From Scyliorhinus canicula (taxonomy: Eukaryota), in contig NC_052164.1 of the NCBI RefSeq assembly GCF_902713615.1, forward strand, positions 40,473,091 to 40,537,090: DNA of 64,000 nucleotides. Direction: 5' to 3'. Of this stretch, positions 58,667 through 64,000 are shown piece by piece. The stretch's first letter is position 1; every line of letters begins with the position of its first letter. Both the position numbers and the translations under genes were made by a program. The notes beneath the pieces were generated by a model. The model was not told the DNA's origin, searched no databases, and saw nothing but the letters and a program-made list of their open reading frames with translations.

Positions 58667-61600
58667 CCATAAGACCATAAGACATAGGAGCAGAATTAGG
58701 CCACTCTGCCCATCGAGTATGCTCTGCCATTCAATCATGGCTGACACTTTTCTTATCCCCATTCTCCTGCCTTCTCCCCATAACCCCTGGTCCCTTATTA
58801 ATCAAGAACACATCGCTCTCTGTCTTAAAGGCACTCAGTGATTTGGTCTCCACAGCCTTCTGCGGCAAAGAGTTCCACAGATTCACCACCCTTTGGCTGA
58901 AGAAATTCCTCTTCATCTCTGTTTTGAAGTAACCCCCCTTTAGCCTGAGATTTTGTCCTCTGGTTCTGGAAACATTCTCTCCTCACCCACTCTATCCATC
59001 CTCGCAGTATCATGTAAGTTTCAAAAGAACCCCCCCTCATCCTCCTAAACTCCGACGAGTAGAGACTCAGAGTCCTCAACCGTTCCTCATGGAAGCTTTT
59101 CATTCCAGGGATCATTCTTGTGAACCTCCTCTGGACCCTGTCCAAGGCCAGCACATCCTTCCTTAGATATAGGGCCCAAAACTGCTCACAATACTCCAAA
59201 TGGGGTCTGACCAGAGCCTTATACAGTCTCAGAAGTACATCCCTGGTCTTGTATTCTAGCCCTTTCAACGTGAATGCTAACATTGCATTTGCCTTCCTAA
59301 CTGCCGACTGAACCTGCACATTAACCTTAAGATAATCTTGAACAAGGACTCCCAAGTCCCTTTGTGCTTCTGATTTCCTAAGCATTTCCCCATTTAGAAA
59401 ATAGTCTGTCTCCATTCCTCTTTCCAAAGTGCATAACTTCACACTTTTCCACATTGTATTCCATCTGCCACTTCTTTGCCCACTCTCCTAGCCTATCCAA
59501 GTCATTCTGTAGCCTCCGCTTCCTCAATACTACCTGTCCCGCTATAGATCTTTGTATCATCTGCAAACGTAGCAACAATGCCTTCAGTTCCTTCTTCCAG
59601 GTCATTAATGTACATTGTGAAAAGTTGTGGTTCCAGCACAGACCCCTGAGGGACACTACTGGCCTCGGCTGCCATCCTGAAAAAGACCCCTTTATCCCCA
59701 CCCTCTGCCTTCAGCCAGCCAACCAATCCTCCATCCATGCCAGGATCTTACCTTAACACAATGGGCTCTTAACTTATTTAACAGTCTCCTACGCGGAACC
59801 TTGTCAAAAGCCTTCTGGATATCTAAATAAATCACATCCACTGGTTCTCCTTTGTCTAACTTCCTTGTTACTTCCTCAAAGAACTCTAACAGATTTGTCA
59901 AACATGACCTTCCCTTGACAAAGTCCCATTTTATCCTGCACTTCCAAGTACTCGGCGATCTCATTTTTAATAATGGCCTGTAAAATCTTGCCAATGATCG
60001 AAGTCAGGCTAAACGGCCTATAATTTCCCATCTACTGCCTCCCTCCCTTCTTAAACAGCGGTACTACATTAGCCACTTTCCAGTCCTCTGGGACGGTCCC
60101 TGCCTCCAGTGATTCCTGAAAGTTTACCACCAATGCCTCCACAATCTCCTCAGCTATCTCTTTTAGAATCCTGGGATATAGTCCATCCTGTCCAGGTGAT
60201 TTATCCACCTTCAGACCTTCCAATTTCCCCAAAACCTTCTCCTTTGTGATGGCCACTGCACTCAACTCTGCCGCCTGATTCTCCTGGAGCTCTGGCATCT
60301 CACTGGTTTCTTCCACCGTGAAGACTGATGCAAAGTAACTATTCATTCCTCTGTCATTTCTTTGTTTCCTATTATTACTTCTCCAGCCACATTTTCCAGT
60401 GGTCCAATGTCTATTTTTGCCTCTCTCTTACCTTTTATATATTGAAAAGGCTCTTCCTATCTTCTTTCATATTACTAACTAGCTTGCACTCATATTTCAC
60501 CTTCGACGCCCTTATTGCTTTTTTAGTTGCCCTCTGATCGCATTTAAAGGCTTCCCAATCCTCTGGCTCCCCATTAATCCTCGCCATTTTGGATGCTTTT
60601 TCTTTTGCTTTTATGCTGTCTTTGACGTCCCTCGTCAGCCATGGATGCCTTGTCCTCCCACCCCTTAGCATGTTTCCTCCTCCTTGGAATGAATTTCTGT
60701 TGTGCCTCCTGAATAACTCCCAAAAACCCCTGCCATTGCTGTTCCACTGCCTTCCCTGCTAGGTTTATTTTCCAATCAACTCTGACCAGCTCCTCCCTCA
60801 TGCCTTTGTAGTTACTATTATTTAATTGTAATATTGTGACATCTGATTCCAGCTTCTCCCTCTCAAACTGCAGGATAAATTCTGTCATATTGTGGTCACT
60901 GCTCCCTGAGGGTTCCTTCACCCTAAGTTGCCTAATCAAGTCTGCCTCATTACACATCACCAAATCCAGAACCTCTTGGTCCCTTGTAGGCTCTGTCACA
61001 AGCTGCTCCAAATAGAATCTTAGATATTCCACAAATTCCTTTTCTTGGAGTCCACTACCAACCTGATTTCCCCAGTCCACCTGCATATTGAAGTCCCCCA
61101 TGATTATTGTAATAGTGCCTTTGTAAAATGCCTTTTCTATCTCCTGATTTATTTTTTGCCCCACATCCTGAATACTGCTAGGGGGCCTGTAAATAACTCC
61201 CATCAGGGTCTTTTTACCTTTGCGATTCCTCAACTCTACCCACAGAGATTCTATGCCTTCAGATCCTATATCGCTCCTTGCTATCAATTTAACTTCATTC
61301 CTTACTAACAATGCAATCCCATTCCCATTTACCCATCTGCCTGCTCTTCTGATAGGACACATATCCTTGTATATTTAGATCCCAGCCCTGATCCCCTTGC
61401 AGCCACGTCTCAGTGATGTCCACAGCATCATACCGGCCAATTTCAATGTGTGCAACAAGCTCATTTACCTTGTTCCATATACTGCATGCATTTAGGTTGA
61501 ACACCCTCAATCCTGCATTGACCACCTCCCTTCGCACACTTGTCATCTGCTTTGCTCTACCCGAACGTGATGTTGCTCTCTTATTTTTGTTCTCTATTTT

Positions 61601-63480
61601 CTCATCAGTTAAGACACCTTCTAAGCTAACGGTCTGATTCCCACTCCCCTGCCATACTAGTTTAAATTCTCCAGAGTGACTCTAAATAAATAAATAACCT
61701 TTATTGTCACAAGTTGGCTTACATTAACACTGCAATGAAGTTACTGTGAAAAGCCCCTAGTCACCACATTCTGGCGCCTGTTCGGCATAAACCTCCCAGC
61801 CACTATATTGGTGTCCCTCCAGTTTCGATGCAACCCGTCCATCTTGTACAGGTCCCATCTGCCCCAGATGAGATCCCAATTGTCCAGAAATCTGAAATCC
61901 TTCCTCCTACACCACCAGTTTAGCCATGTGTTAATCTGCACTACCCTCTTATTTCTAGCCTCACTGGCACATGGCACAGGGAGTAATCCTGTGATTACAA
62001 CACTGGACATTCTGCTTATTAGCTTACTACCTTAACTCCCTGAACTCCTTCTGCAGGACCTCATCACTCTTCCTGCCTATGTCATCAGTACCTATGTGTA
62101 CTACGACCTCTGGTTGTTCACCCTCCCCCTTCAGGATGTCCTGTGTTTGTTCAGAGGCATCCTTGACCCTGGCACCAGGAAGGCAACATACCATCCTGGA
62201 GTCTCTTTCACTTCCACAGAACCGCCTATCTGTGCCCCTTACTATAGAGTTCCCTATAACTATTGCTCTCCTGCACTTTTCCCTCCCCCGCTGAAGAACA
62301 GAGCCAGTTGTGGTGCGACTGTTCTGGCTGTTTTTGTTTTCCCCTGATAGGCTATCCCCCCCCAACAGTCTCCAAAATGTTAGAAAGGGGGTCAGCCACA
62401 GGGGATTTGTGCACTGACTGCCTGCCCTGTCTAGCGGTCACCCATCTGTCTATCTATACTTTGGGTGTGACCACGTCTCTATAACTCCTATCTATGATGC
62501 TTTCCACCACCTGCATTCTCCTAAGTACATCCAACTGCTGCTCCAACTGAACCAGTGAGGAGCTGTCATTGGTTACACTTCCTGCAGATGTAGTCGACCA
62601 AAATGCTGGAAGCGTCACAGATCTCCCACATCTCAAAGTTAGAGCACTGCACCCCACTGAGTGACATTTATGGACTAGTTAATTAATTCAAAATAAATAT
62701 TAAATTGTTATTAGATTAAGTTACAATTACTATACGGCCCTGGCGCTAGATTTTTACTGTAAAATAAATGCTAAATACTAATCTCTGCCCTCAGGTTTAG
62801 TTACTCCTCTACCTAGTTAATTAATTTGTTTTAATTAGTTTTTTCAATGTTTTTTTTTCAAATTTAACAGGTTCCCTACCAGCCAATCAGGTCACAGCAT
62901 TACGGTGATGTCACTTCAGTGTATTCCCCCCACAATTTGAAAAGGTCTTTATATCACTTATCTTCCCAGGATGTTCTCTGGCTCTCTCCCTGCAGGTTAC
63001 CACTTACGAAGCCAGAGGAAAGAAAACAAAACGAAAGCGAAGAAGCACCTCCTCCCACTCTGCACTGAATGACTATACTGCTCCAAATGACCAAGTTTCA
63101 ATCCTCACTCGGGCTTTCTCACTCAGGCTGTCTCTTCTTCACATGCGCAAAGCTTACTGAGGATGCGCTTTATGCCTCTCTCTTATATAGAGCCCAGCTA
63201 AACTGAGATGACTTACACTAGTTAAGCTTCAAACAGAAGAATGCAATTTACACCTTTGCCTCTAATCAGGCTTCAGGCGATTGATAGATCACTGCCACTC
63301 AGCAATTACGATGGGGGCAGCTCCAGCTAACTAGGCCATTAAACTTTTAACTGAAAAACAGAAACATTAAATTCACCACTTACCTCTTTAAATACCACAC
63401 TGCTCCAAACGAACAAGTTTCAACCTTCACTCGGGCTTTCTCATTTAGGCTGTCTCTACTTCACATGCGCAAAGCAGGAG
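58667..63480 (-). mobile_element. Decayed near full-length CR1 LINE of a second family
   Basis: ORF1 esterase (GNSIVRG, HIGTDD, DGLH) at ~62670-61790; ORF2 EN/RT (NACSIWNK, YRPP, GDFN, SDH, KSPG, QGSVL, FADD); (cttatggt)n tail near 58667-58690. A SINE-tail insert lies at 61684-61787. The 5' boundary is uncertain. Confidence 0.88.
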
Positions 63481-64000
63481 AGGTGCGTTGCCTGTGGGAC
63501 CAGAGAATTCCACCACCAGCGAATGGCCAGAAAATTCTGGCCTGAGTCTGGACTTCTGTGCTGGAGGCACTGAAAAGAATTCTAGGGAGTCAGGAGCTGA
63601 GTCACTCACTAAAGAATATTCAGTCACTGACCGAGTCATAGCTACAGTGTTTATGTGGCTGGTCCAGTTAAATTTCTGGTTAATTGTGATTCCCAGGATA
63701 TTGAAGGTAAGGGATTTGATGATGGGAATGAATTGAATATTGAGGTGAGATGGTTAGTCTTTGTCTTATTGGAGACTGTCATTGCCTGCAGCTTGAGAGT
63801 TATAAATGTTCATTTTTAGTGATGTGATTAAAGGTAAAATGAGTACCAGGGCACTGGGACACATCCCTTCCCTTCTTTGATGAATGCCATGGTTTATTTT
63901 TGATGATCTGAGTAAGGAAGCAAGCCTTAATTTAATATTTGATCTGAAGGGTGATATTTTCATAAAAAGTAGCATTCCTTCATTAATCCATGGAGGTGTC

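Overview
Vertebrate genomic DNA, very probably a cartilaginous fish (shark-type V-SINE/CR1 repeats; inference). The window is a type I interferon locus that the ORF track fragments because the genes are spliced. (1) 1-~32,950 is a head-to-tail array of five ~6.3-6.4 kb units. Each unit holds an intact 4-coding-exon, all-phase-0, 4-cysteine type I IFN gene (184 aa) with an IRF-site promoter and an AU-rich 3'UTR. A near full-length CR1 LINE sits in the first spacer, and the array may continue upstream of the window. (2) ~32,950-51,850 is a nested pile of transposons: a CR1 host split by a full-length L1 (itself carrying a hAT MITE) and by a solo LTR, which carries a Gypsy element, which carries a SINE. 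The Gypsy element has no tRNA-type PBS but has an LTR-complementary, possibly self-priming, sequence. (3) 53,156-54,548 is a sixth, divergent type I IFN gene (179 aa, ~35% identical by manual alignment). It has the same exon layout, an altered CAWE motif (CAWKLIGSR), a candidate non-coding first exon, a kappaB/IRF/TATA promoter and a downstream ISRE-bearing solo LTR. (4) The remainder is SINE, Rex1 and CR1 repeats. All exon models and alignments were made by hand, without database searches.
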